Shown here piece by piece: positions 50,012 to 59,500 of a stretch of 64,000 nt of DNA. The stretch's first letter is position 1, and every line of letters starts with the position of its first letter. The position numbers were made by a program, and so were the translations under genes. The notes beneath the pieces were generated by a model. It saw only the letters and a program-made list of their open reading frames with translations. It did no database searches and was not told where the DNA came from. The stretch is from a virus (lineage: Duplodnaviria; Caudoviricetes), in the IMG/VR virus record IMGVR_UViG_3300021399_000133, positions 24,988-88,987 of that record; one strand, written 5' to 3'.

Positions 50012-50060
50012 TGAAATGAACAAAACGCAGGTATAAGGTTCTTCGATTTCTTATACTTGA
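50012..50060 (+). promoter_or_regulatory. Putative bipartite promoter TGAAATGAACAAAACGCA-N21-TTATACTTGA
   Basis: Matches 28748-28796 in both boxes and in spacing. Confidence 0.6.
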
Positions 50061-50070
50061 TAGATGACAA

Positions 50071-50119
50071 AGGAGAGTAGATTAATGATTAAAAAAGTTA
50101 GTTTACTCTCCTCTTTTTT
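50071..50119 (+). terminator. Terminator-like hairpin immediately downstream of the putative promoter
   Basis: AGGAGAGTAGATTAA pairs with TTAGTTTACTCTCCT (15 bp), followed by CTTTTTT. Confidence 0.6.
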
Positions 50120-50141
50120 AACCCTTTATAAACTATATACA

Positions 50142-53100
50142 ATGGCATTAGAAGCTAAAAATATAATTAGGTTTGCAAGGTGTTCTACAATAGAGCCATC
50201 CCGTTCTCAGGCCGTCCTTGCACTTGATAATTTTTTTAATAGAGTTGGCCAGCCTGTCGTAGTTAGATATTATAGAGACTTAGATAATGATCCGACGGAA
50301 ATTGATCTTATCTTAGCTATCGGTCTAGAAAATGGCGTTGGACGAAATACCTATAAAATCATCTTTTCCGGAGCTCTTGAATCTCTAATTGAAGATGTCT
50401 GGACTACACCTGGAGAATATCCTGATGTATCTCTCTTGTCTCATGGTGAAATCTATATTGTTAAAAATGAAGATGACCAGCCGTGTTATTGCTATGCAGT
50501 CAATAATGAGAGGCAGCTAGAACCTATTACTGGTGGTCCTTTCAGATATGTTAACCTCTCTGATGGCTTAATTTGGTATTATAAGGATGGTGGTATTAGA
50601 TGTTCTGCTGATATCTATTCACAAGAGGAAATTGATGAAAAGATTGAGAACGGAAGTCAAGCTCTTGAGGATGTTGTTGCTGAACTTCGACAACTTATTT
50701 CTGATACCAAAACCCAACTTACTAATGAGAGGATTGAGGGTGATGAAGCTCTAGATAGGAAAATTGATGCACGAGAAACAGCAATCAGAACCGACTTTAC
50801 TGCTGCCGATAATCAACTCTCCGCTAACATTTCCGAGGTAGATAGTAGACTGGCAGGCGATATTCAAGTAAAGGTCGAACAGATTTATGCTGACTTGGGT
50901 GATTTTAATATATATGAATGGCAACGCGAACTTCTACCTGACGGAGAAACAGCTATAGAAGTTACCTCTCTACCTACTCCTTCTGCTCAGTGGCTCGGTA
51001 AATATGTAACTTATAATCACGGCCTAACTTACTATCTTTGTATTGATACCGAAAGAAGAATTACTGTCTCTGATAAAATTGCAGAGGTAGATAACAGATA
51101 CGATACAAAGATTAATGAAGTCTATAACAAGATTGGTGAAATTGGCGAGTCGACTGTTGCTGAAGTTATTGCTGGAGTTGATCATGCCTGGAGAGAAAAG
51201 GTAGGTGATATTGGCGAAAGCACTGTGGCAGAAACTATTGCTACTGTTGACGCTAATCTTCGAAATAAAATTGGTGATGTTGGAGAAGGTTCTGTTGCTG
51301 ATGCCATTACTGAAACTAAGGACTATCTTGAGGAAAAGATAGATTCAAATACCAATCGAATTACTGCTATTGAAGAAGGGACTGAAGCTTTCCAGACTGA
51401 GATTAGAGAAGAAGTAGAAACGTTTGAGAAGAATGTTACAGAGACTATCGATGGTTTTGATGAGACTCTTGATCGCTCATTGTCTAAGATTGGTGTCTGG
51501 AATTACCTTCTTAACTCTTCTTTCTGTGGTGATTATGAGACAGTTGAGTTTGATGAAAGTTCTCCTGTTTCTGAACACTCTGAAATTTATAGTGATGCTG
51601 GCAAATACTGGAATAATGTTGGTGAAGATCAGATTATACCAGAACCAGAAGCACAATCAGGCTTTGCTATAAAACTTCCTGCTTCAACTAATTCACTTTG
51701 GCAGACAATTTCTTCTCCCTCTTTTGAACTTGATGAGTACTATACTGTCTCATATAAAATCAATGGTTCAGCTACCGTTTCGTTTGATGAAAATGAATGG
51801 ACAGATACAACAAGAATTAGTCACTATCATTGGACAGAAGTAACTAAGGAAGAAGCTCAGGAACATGGAATCTATGAGACTATTAATGTTGAAGAATTCC
51901 CTGCCGCCGAAGTTGAGTATTATGGTAAGTACCTAGCACATATCTATACTCATTATGTATTAGAACCTTACTATGACTATGATGAAGTAGATCCAGACAG
52001 CTATGATCAAGAATGGCGAGATGCTTTTGAAGACCCTGAAGACCCAACTCATCATACTGTAGCTGAATTACCTGCTCCTGATGAACATAACTTAGGCCAA
52101 TTCTTCCGCTATCTCTTTACTCCAGATCCAACTATTTCTAAAGTATGGGAAGATCTGCCAGAACCAACGGAAGAGCAAATGGAATCAGCTATTAAACAGG
52201 AAGGTGAAGCTAGTCAATATCCTGTTGGTACTGTATCTTATATTGAATCAGAGGATGTTAAAGTATATTACATCGTAGCAGAAGTAGAAATTCCTGCCGA
52301 TCCTTACTATAGATATTTCTTAGAGGTTGAGAAAGAAAGAGAAGTTTCTGTTGAGGTTGAGAAATACTATAGATGTGATGAAGAAGTAGAAGATCTGGGT
52401 TGGGAAGTATTTAGACATACTCTGCAATGGAAAGGACATAATACTACCTTCTCTATCTATGGTACTGGTGAATTGATTGAGCCTAAAGTTGAAATTGGTA
52501 GCGTTGGAACATCATGGGCTCCTAATGCTGTTGATACTGATCCTGTTGCAGCTAAATTCAATGACTATAAGTACCTGACATCAACTTTCGCTAAGGAACA
52601 GAACCAAATCACTTTCAATAATATAGCTAGTGTTGGTAAAAGAGGAGTAGATAGTTTCACAGTCAAAGGTGGTTTCTCTGGTTCTTATAATGACGATTCA
52701 GATGCTTTCATTTGGTCTGGTTCTGATTATAATACAGTTCAAGCCTTTATCCAAGACAACAACGATAAGAAAGAGGAGAATCCACATTGGTTCGTTGAGG
52801 AAAATACAGTGGATGCTCCTAACTCTTATATTCCTTTCTCTGGCCAATCTATGTTCAATAATGTAGCAGCCAGAGGTGAATTTAGAGGCTTGTTCGTTGA
52901 TGGAGAAACAGGAGAAAAACTAGAATCATCAGAGGTTGGTATTTCTGGTTTGATTGATGCTGGTGCTGTAGTTAGAGTTGATAGCTTCGCACAAGGCTTC
53001 GATTATATTCTTCAATCTACTCATGCTGTATTTAAGTTTGAGAAAGGATACCTGACAGATGTATTCGATTCAGAAGCGGAAGCAGATAAACTCTCTATTC

Positions 53101-53444
53101 AATATAACTTAACTTCAATCCTTCCTGAAATTTGCAAACCTACCTCAGAGAATTATAAGATTGATTTGATGGTTAATCTCTCAAGCTGTCCTATCTATAC
53201 TCATTATGATTCGACAAGTCTTACTAGTATTTCTGGTATTGAATTTGTAAAGGGAAGATTAGTGACAGTGGCGCAAGGCTATAAGGATGCTTCAACTACA
53301 CCTCAGACGGAAAACCAAAAGCAGGGATTTAATGGATGTATTCAAATCTATAATACAAATAAATTCTTGCTGTTTGCTAAGGGAAGATTAGTTAAGATCC
53401 TTGATTCTATATCTGAACTCAACAACGGATTATTTACATACTAA
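50142..53444 (+). CDS. Tail fibre-like protein (coiled-coil repeats, CBM-like domain, acidic inserted modules)
   Basis: Track ORF 50064..53444; ATG 50142 after the hairpin is likelier. 22-aa repeats (IG[ED][IV]GE[SG][ST]VA[ED]), NYLLNSSF...PKVEIGSVGTSWAP domain, three F[EVA]KG[YR]L repeats. Confidence 0.65.
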   Translation: MALEAKNIIRFARCSTIEPSRSQAVLALDNFFNRVGQPVVVRYYRDLDNDPTEIDLILAIGLENGVGRNTYKIIFSGALESLIEDVWTTPGEYPDVSLLSHGEIYIVKNEDDQPCYCYAVNNERQLEPITGGPFRYVNLSDGLIWYYKDGGIRCSADIYSQEEIDEKIENGSQALEDVVAELRQLISDTKTQLTNERIEGDEALDRKIDARETAIRTDFTAADNQLSANISEVDSRLAGDIQVKVEQIYADLGDFNIYEWQRELLPDGETAIEVTSLPTPSAQWLGKYVTYNHGLTYYLCIDTERRITVSDKIAEVDNRYDTKINEVYNKIGEIGESTVAEVIAGVDHAWREKVGDIGESTVAETIATVDANLRNKIGDVGEGSVADAITETKDYLEEKIDSNTNRITAIEEGTEAFQTEIREEVETFEKNVTETIDGFDETLDRSLSKIGVWNYLLNSSFCGDYETVEFDESSPVSEHSEIYSDAGKYWNNVGEDQIIPEPEAQSGFAIKLPASTNSLWQTISSPSFELDEYYTVSYKINGSATVSFDENEWTDTTRISHYHWTEVTKEEAQEHGIYETINVEEFPAAEVEYYGKYLAHIYTHYVLEPYYDYDEVDPDSYDQEWRDAFEDPEDPTHHTVAELPAPDEHNLGQFFRYLFTPDPTISKVWEDLPEPTEEQMESAIKQEGEASQYPVGTVSYIESEDVKVYYIVAEVEIPADPYYRYFLEVEKEREVSVEVEKYYRCDEEVEDLGWEVFRHTLQWKGHNTTFSIYGTGELIEPKVEIGSVGTSWAPNAVDTDPVAAKFNDYKYLTSTFAKEQNQITFNNIASVGKRGVDSFTVKGGFSGSYNDDSDAFIWSGSDYNTVQAFIQDNNDKKEENPHWFVEENTVDAPNSYIPFSGQSMFNNVAARGEFRGLFVDGETGEKLESSEVGISGLIDAGAVVRVDSFAQGFDYILQSTHAVFKFEKGYLTDVFDSEAEADKLSIQYNLTSILPEICKPTSENYKIDLMVNLSSCPIYTHYDSTSLTSISGIEFVKGRLVTVAQGYKDASTTPQTENQKQGFNGCIQIYNTNKFLLFAKGRLVKILDSISELNNGLFTY

Positions 53445-53450
53445 TATTAT

Positions 53451-54140
53451 ATGAAGTTTAACCCAATTCCACAAGAAGGGAAAATTACCTGGGATAGAAT
53501 TGCAAGTTTAATAGATTATAATTTTAGATCCATTCAAACAAAATATCCACAAGTTGATAGGTACGAAACAGCACATAAGGGAGTCTTCAATAACCTAAAT
53601 GAAGTAATTGATAAGATCACCAATCCTGTCAACGGTAATTATGTTTTTGTTAGAGGAGGTAGTGATTTTAGTTCTTTTAAGATCTACTATTATATGGAAG
53701 GTCAATGGAAAGAACTAAGTAATCAATATAATCCCGACTTGAACCCAGATGATTATATCGAAACTGAGGCTATATCTGATTACTATTTTAAATCCTTAGT
53801 TGGTCTGGATCTAGATTTTAATTTCTATGATTCAAGTAGCAATCTATTATCACCAGTCTCAAGCTCTATTGGCGCCGATACAGTCATTATTCCTAGGGGT
53901 GCAGTAAAGTTCCAGATATCTAAGATTCTAATGGCAGAAGAAGATAGTACCGAGAGTGTTCAGAATATTAATACTAAAGCTACATTGATTAGTACTGGCA
54001 CTGTTATTACTGGATTATGTGGCCAGTTTAATGTATTCTACCGGTTTGATGTTCCTAATCTAAGCATTGGGGATTTTAAATTGGAAATCACAGCACTCGA
54101 GGACACTACCTATAAAATTTTTAAACCAGAAACAACCTAG
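53451..54140 (+). CDS. Tail-fibre-associated hypothetical protein
   Basis: 229 aa; WDRIASLIDYNF and GVFNNL...P..GNYVFV...EGQW motifs. Confidence 0.65.
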   Translation: MKFNPIPQEGKITWDRIASLIDYNFRSIQTKYPQVDRYETAHKGVFNNLNEVIDKITNPVNGNYVFVRGGSDFSSFKIYYYMEGQWKELSNQYNPDLNPDDYIETEAISDYYFKSLVGLDLDFNFYDSSSNLLSPVSSSIGADTVIIPRGAVKFQISKILMAEEDSTESVQNINTKATLISTGTVITGLCGQFNVFYRFDVPNLSIGDFKLEITALEDTTYKIFKPETT

Positions 54141-54142
54141 TC

Positions 54143-54487
54143 ATGGAATTACATTATATATCAAGACAGAAATATTGGAGGGACGCAGCAGATTCCATAA
54201 ACTCTAATTTTACTTCTGTCGGAACTAGTATTGATGAGCTGTTGAAGAATACCAAACTATCTAAAGGTATATTTTCTAACGTCACTGAACTGAAAGAAGC
54301 ATATCCCAATCCACCCGAAAATTCATGGGCTGCAGTAGAAAGTCTTGATAGCTTCTATTTGTTTATTTTCGAGGAAGGTAACTGGGAGAATACAGGACAA
54401 AAGATGAGTTTCGATGATATGGAACTAGAAGATTATACCATGTCTGAATATATGTCTGATCCTGTTGATATTCTCGATGACTATTAA
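54143..54487 (+). CDS. Tail-fibre-associated hypothetical protein, paralog of 53451..54140
   Basis: 114 aa; WRDAADSINSNF and GIFSNVTELKEAYPNP...WAAV...EGNWENTG. Confidence 0.65.
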   Translation: MELHYISRQKYWRDAADSINSNFTSVGTSIDELLKNTKLSKGIFSNVTELKEAYPNPPENSWAAVESLDSFYLFIFEEGNWENTGQKMSFDDMELEDYTMSEYMSDPVDILDDY

Positions 54488-54491
54488 TTCT

Positions 54492-54537
54492 ACAAAAGGA
54501 GGGTTGATATGTAAAAGTATTAGCTCTCCTCTTGTTT
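54492..54537 (+). terminator. Terminator-like hairpin
   Basis: AGGAGGGTTGATAT pairs with GTATTAGCTCTCCT (14 bp with G:U), followed by CTTGTTT. Confidence 0.55.
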
Positions 54538-54547
54538 CTAAAAAATC

Positions 54548-55066
54548 ATGTCCGCAATAGATACATTACCATTTAAAACAGAAGAACAGTGCATAGAATA
54601 TCTTAGACTGTTTCGTGAGAAGAATAACCTTGTCTGTGATAAATGTGGTGGAGATAGGTTTACTTGGTGTGAAGCTGAAAGAAGATGGACATGTAGGAGT
54701 TGTAAACATGTAACCTATCTGACAGGTGGAACTATAATGCATGGCTCTAATCTGCCACTTCTATACTGGTTTACTGCTATCCATTTACTATCTGAAAATC
54801 CAAAAATATCATCAAAAGAAGTCCAGAGGGTATTAGGTCATAAACGATACCAACCAATCTGGGAAATGATGAATAAAATAAAAGCAAGGAACGTTAAGTC
54901 TTATACTGATGTCTTGGAAAATCAGGAATGGTCTGAACTCGACATTGATGAACTTGATGATATCTTAATTAAAGAGGCTGACTTTGCTGAGATACTTGAG
55001 GATGGTATGGATGGAAGGTCAGTGTTTAAACATAAATTATATAATAAGAATGGGAACAATTCATAA
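54548..55066 (+). CDS. IS1595-family transposase N-terminal fragment (Zn ribbon plus HTH, no DDE domain)
   Basis: 172 aa; FKTEEQCIEYL...CDKCGG...WTCRSCK...LTGGTIMHGSNLPLLYWFTAIHL...ISSKEVQRVLG...W.MMNKIK is the canonical IS1595 N-terminus; ORF ends soon after ELDIDE. Confidence 0.8.
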   Translation: MSAIDTLPFKTEEQCIEYLRLFREKNNLVCDKCGGDRFTWCEAERRWTCRSCKHVTYLTGGTIMHGSNLPLLYWFTAIHLLSENPKISSKEVQRVLGHKRYQPIWEMMNKIKARNVKSYTDVLENQEWSELDIDELDDILIKEADFAEILEDGMDGRSVFKHKLYNKNGNNS

Positions 55067-56030
55067 GTTGACCAAAGCGGGAGCAACCATCTTCCCGGCC
55101 ACTGTGACTGACGCCGTAGTACATCCAAATACTAAAACCGTCTTGTCCAATATGATTAATGTTTTCAATCTTTCAAGTCTCTATCCAACTTCAGGAATCG
55201 ATGGCACTAGATACTATGATCTGACTGGTGCTGTTGCTAAAATTGATTCTGTATTGCCTAGTGAATTGAAAGTACTTGGAACTAAGATCTATTTTGAGAC
55301 GAAGGATGCTCAGGATAATGTGTCAGTTCTTTGTTATAACTTTACGGGGAGCACTTTTTCTCTTCCCGCTTCTTGGACTAAAACTATTCTGTCAACTGAA
55401 GAAATTGAGAGATCAGTTAAAATTCATGAAGAGGAGCTAACTGTCCTGGCGCAAGGAGTTAATATCACTTTAACCGCTACTCCTACTCGTGTAATTTCTG
55501 GAACGCAAACTACTATTACTGTCACTGCTCATGTTGATAATATTGTACCAGACAGAATTGAGCTTTATCAAAATGACAGTGTAACTCCTTTTGCGACTGG
55601 TACTAATGTTGCAACCTTTAGCGGATCAATTACTGATACTTTCTCAGCAACTCAGTTATTCTATGTAGAAATAGTATATAAAGAAATTGAATTCACCAAG
55701 AGCATTTCTGTTCCTGTTACATATGGTGATGCAGTTTATGGTTTTGGTAGCGCAATCTCTGATATTTCTACTCCTATTACAACGGCTCAAGTTGCTGGAG
55801 TCTATACAGTATCTACCTCTGCTAATAATCAATGGTTCTTCCTTAAAGTACCTATCGAACTCACTCAACCTACTCACTTTATCGTTAATGGTGTCGAAAT
55901 GGAAATAACTAAATTCCAAATCTCAGAAGGAGGAGAAGAAGGTGAGGAAATTGAACATTATACACATTGGGTTTATCAATCTGGAGCCCAATACAATACA
56001 GGTACAACGCTGGTTATTAATATCAGCTAA
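55050..56030 (+). CDS. Tail-associated protein (IFPATVTDAV motif, Ig-like segment)
   Basis: Track ORF 54984..56030; ATG 55050 (MGTIHKLTK...IFPATVTDAVVHP) is likelier. Confidence 0.65.
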   Translation: MGTIHKLTKAGATIFPATVTDAVVHPNTKTVLSNMINVFNLSSLYPTSGIDGTRYYDLTGAVAKIDSVLPSELKVLGTKIYFETKDAQDNVSVLCYNFTGSTFSLPASWTKTILSTEEIERSVKIHEEELTVLAQGVNITLTATPTRVISGTQTTITVTAHVDNIVPDRIELYQNDSVTPFATGTNVATFSGSITDTFSATQLFYVEIVYKEIEFTKSISVPVTYGDAVYGFGSAISDISTPITTAQVAGVYTVSTSANNQWFFLKVPIELTQPTHFIVNGVEMEITKFQISEGGEEGEEIEHYTHWVYQSGAQYNTGTTLVINIS

Positions 56031-56053
56031 ATTATTAAAGAAAGAATTGTAAT

Positions 56054-56293
56054 ATGCCAGTTAATATTAGAAAAACAAAGCTAGCCAATGCAATTACGTC
56101 TGCTGCTAATGATCATATTATTGCTACTTCCTCTGATATCTATGATGAAACTGTCGGTCAATATCAAAGCGCTATCAATGGTCAAGTTACTCTGAATACT
56201 ATGATCTTTATGACAGAAGAAGAGTATGAAGCGGCTAAAGAGGCTGGCCAAATTGATCCAACTCGTCTCTATGCCGTTTATGAGGAAGAATAA
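56054..56293 (+). CDS. Small tail-fibre cassette protein
   Basis: 79 aa; MTEEEYEAAKEAGQIDPTRLYAV motif common at phage fibre termini. Confidence 0.7.
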   Translation: MPVNIRKTKLANAITSAANDHIIATSSDIYDETVGQYQSAINGQVTLNTMIFMTEEEYEAAKEAGQIDPTRLYAVYEEE

Positions 56294-56305
56294 AGTTTAA
56301 TCAAT

Positions 56306-56503
56306 ATGGCAATCTTTAAAAATAATTCGGGGTTTGATTACTTCTATTATGGTACTCAACCTCTACAAACCATTTATCAAGGAACTAAGATTATTTGGGA
56401 AGGTATCAGATCATGCTATGGTGCTGGTTACTGGGTCCCAACAAAGCCCTGGTTGGAAAACGAAGGCTGGAAATACTATAATAAAAACGTAAATAATGGC
56501 TAA
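56306..56503 (+). CDS. Small tail-fibre cassette protein
   Basis: 65 aa; IYQGTKIIWEGIRSCYGAGYW...KPWLENEGWK. Confidence 0.7.
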   Translation: MAIFKNNSGFDYFYYGTQPLQTIYQGTKIIWEGIRSCYGAGYWVPTKPWLENEGWKYYNKNVNNG

Positions 56504-59500
56504 AAGTATTATAACTGATCCAATTCCATCGATGGATACGCCTTGGGAGAACTATGCGGGCCAATGTGTAGAAGATTTTATTAAGGAAAATTTGACTGAT
56601 CTCGAAACAAATAAGTATGGATGTATAATGTTGTCAGAACACCCAGACGCAGATTCATACTATCATATTTGGTGCTTTGCTAATAGACAAGCATTCGACG
56701 ATTGGCATGATCCTGAACATGGTTATAGCACAGATACTCTCGATAATACCTCAGAACAATATCGAGACCTCCTTTTGCACTCTCTCGTACTCCAGATTAA
56801 GGCAGATCCAGGTAACATCTATACTGCTGAAATCTTTACTTACTTTAACCCAGGTAGTGCAATCGTTTGTAAAGAAAAACAGTATCTCATCCCTTACTAT
56901 TTCAGAGCTCTTTATCAGGATGCTTTGTCAGGCGAAAGAGATGACTATAGTACAAATGGTACTATCACTATTCAACGCTCTGTCGATCATGGTGCATCTT
57001 GGGTAACGGTTGGAACTCAAAGTGCTATCAGCCGTAAAGGTGCTCCAAAACGAAATGAAGATGGCTCATATTCATCCGAGTCGTTCTTCGCTGAGGATAT
57101 GGTTGATATTGGTAAGTATTTCACTGAGACTAATCCACAATACTTCAGATTCCGTGTTTCTTATGACGTTTTGAGCGATTCTGGTGCACTCCTTTCTTCG
57201 GCTGTTTCACCATGGATCCAATTTACTAACGTTACTTACACTGAACTCTTGTGTAACTTCTCGGATCAATCTAGTACATCCACCATCATCGACCTTAGTA
57301 AGACACCAAATCTTCCTGTTGACTTGACTTTGAAGTGCGATGTAACAAAGCATGTATTTGTAGAAGTAACTGGATCAAATGGCACATATTCAACTGATGC
57401 TGTCCTAGACGCTGTCACCAATACTGCTCACTTTAATATTACACCTGATATTACAGCAGCTAATGAGGCAGGACTCTTTACTCATGGTGTTAAAACAATT
57501 AGAGCTTGGATTACAGCTGATGGCGGAACTAATGGGACTCTTTCTTCTGAAGTTGCAATGACTCAGAGAATGGTGGTCAATATTAACGACCAAGAAGCAG
57601 ATCTGTATAAGCCCTGTGTGATGATGCAAGGCTTGACAAATACAGTGGAAAACTATATTAGCATTCCTCAGTTCTGTTCTTACTCAGTCTGGATTCCATC
57701 AAATATCGATCCTACTCTGCCTGCTTCTTCTTCAATTGACCTTAGATTTGTAGTTTCATCTTCACCCGATTCTCAGAGTCTTGGTAATTCTTATATGCTT
57801 CAAACTGCATCAGACCGTATTAATGGACAAATCTATGCATTCGGCTGTACTATTGAAGCAGAATCGTCAGAAGAACAGCTCCAAGGTTATCTTCATGTCT
57901 TAGATACTACCGATGAAAGAAATATAGTTGATATCCTCTATAACTCAATCGGCGAAGAATATATAGAAATTGACATTAACAACTCGTATAAATTTGCGCC
58001 AGTCGGAGATGCTGATTTCTACCTTAATCCTCGTGTTCGTGATAACTCTGAGGCTAATCCAACTAAGATCTATAATGAAGCACTAGCAAGCCGTGATGAA
58101 ATTCCTTCTCACTGGTCAGGCTTTGGTGCTATTAATGATGCCTGGATTACTTCCGATGTTGATGGTCAGAAAGTACTTAGAGTTGTATCTGGTCAAACTA
58201 TCTCTATCGAATATGACTGGCTGGCTACTTTCGCTAACCTCTCTGCCGATACGATGAAATCTCTGACCTTCGAAATTGATTATCGCGTTAGAAATGTAGT
58301 TGATGAAAATATACCAATCATTAGAGCTGGTTCTTTCATTGGCTCACAGTTCGTTGGCATTACCCTGAACTCTATGAATGGTACTGTCTGCTCTACGAAC
58401 TATGCTAACGTTCCTATGCAAGACTTTAGATTCCAAGAAGATGAGAGAACACATCTTGTCGTAAATCTTAGCACTCGTTATGATGCAGGTGCGGGCGGTG
58501 CTAATTATCTTCCTCTCTGTCAAGTCTTTATCAATGGCGTAATCAATAGAGAGTTCCTTTTCGGTACAGCAGGCGGATCTATTAATAACACTGAATGGTA
58601 TACCGCAGGAAATCCATCAACTATTGTAATTGGTAATGGTGAACTGAAGGCAGACATCGATATTTATTCTATCCGTGTCTATTCTTCTACTAACTCCTCT
58701 CACGTATTTACAGAAGCTGATGTCCTCCAAAACTATATCACTTCTCTGCCTACTACTAATGAAAAACTTACCTGCCGTCAAGAAAATGATATCTTGGCAG
58801 TAAACGGTAAGGTTAGTGCTGAAAAGCTTGAACAACTTGGCAAAAACGTTATCATCTGGCATGGAACACAGCCTACTCACTCTGACCCTAACTCTAAGAA
58901 AGGATGGTGGGAAATCTTTGTTTATAATGCAGATGGAACACTTGATAAGGCTCACTCTGGTACTATCGCTAAGGAAACAGGACAGGCAGGAAATGGTCTT
59001 ACTGCCACCAGACAAGGTACTACGGCCAATACATATTTCTATTCTAACATCCAAACTAAACTTAAGGATCTGTCTAAAGAAAAGGATGGAAAACCGGTGA
59101 ATCCTAAAATCTTCGTTAGACTTGAAAATATTGCTCCAGACTTCGCCTATGACCCAGAAGAGGTTGTAACTGAACAGGGACATGATGGTATCTGGACTTG
59201 GGATGGTTGGATAGACGGCAACAATATGTATCATGGACCCTTCTACCAACTCTCTAATAATACCCCACTCGGCCAGAAGATGGTGCTGAAGATTAACTAT
59301 GCTTCTTCTCAGCAATCACACCTTATGGGATCTTGTAACCTTTATAACGACCTGCATAAGAGATTGGTTACTGCTAACGCAATGATCCAATTCAACTCTA
59401 ATGCTCGTGTATGTAAACAACAACTTCCTTTCCACTATTTTACTGATGACTCTAATGGCATAGTTTTCCAAGGTATGGGTACATTTGGTCCTGGTAAAAT

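Noticed and set aside
54548-55066. Active IS1595 insertion sequence
   Set aside because: The DDE catalytic domain is missing and no terminal inverted repeats or target duplication were found.
1152-55919. Minus-strand and nested short ORFs (e.g. 7384..7938, 13459..13818, 21566..22018, 46200..46577)
   Set aside because: They lie wholly within long + strand genes and read as antisense of biased codons, with no motifs or independent start context.
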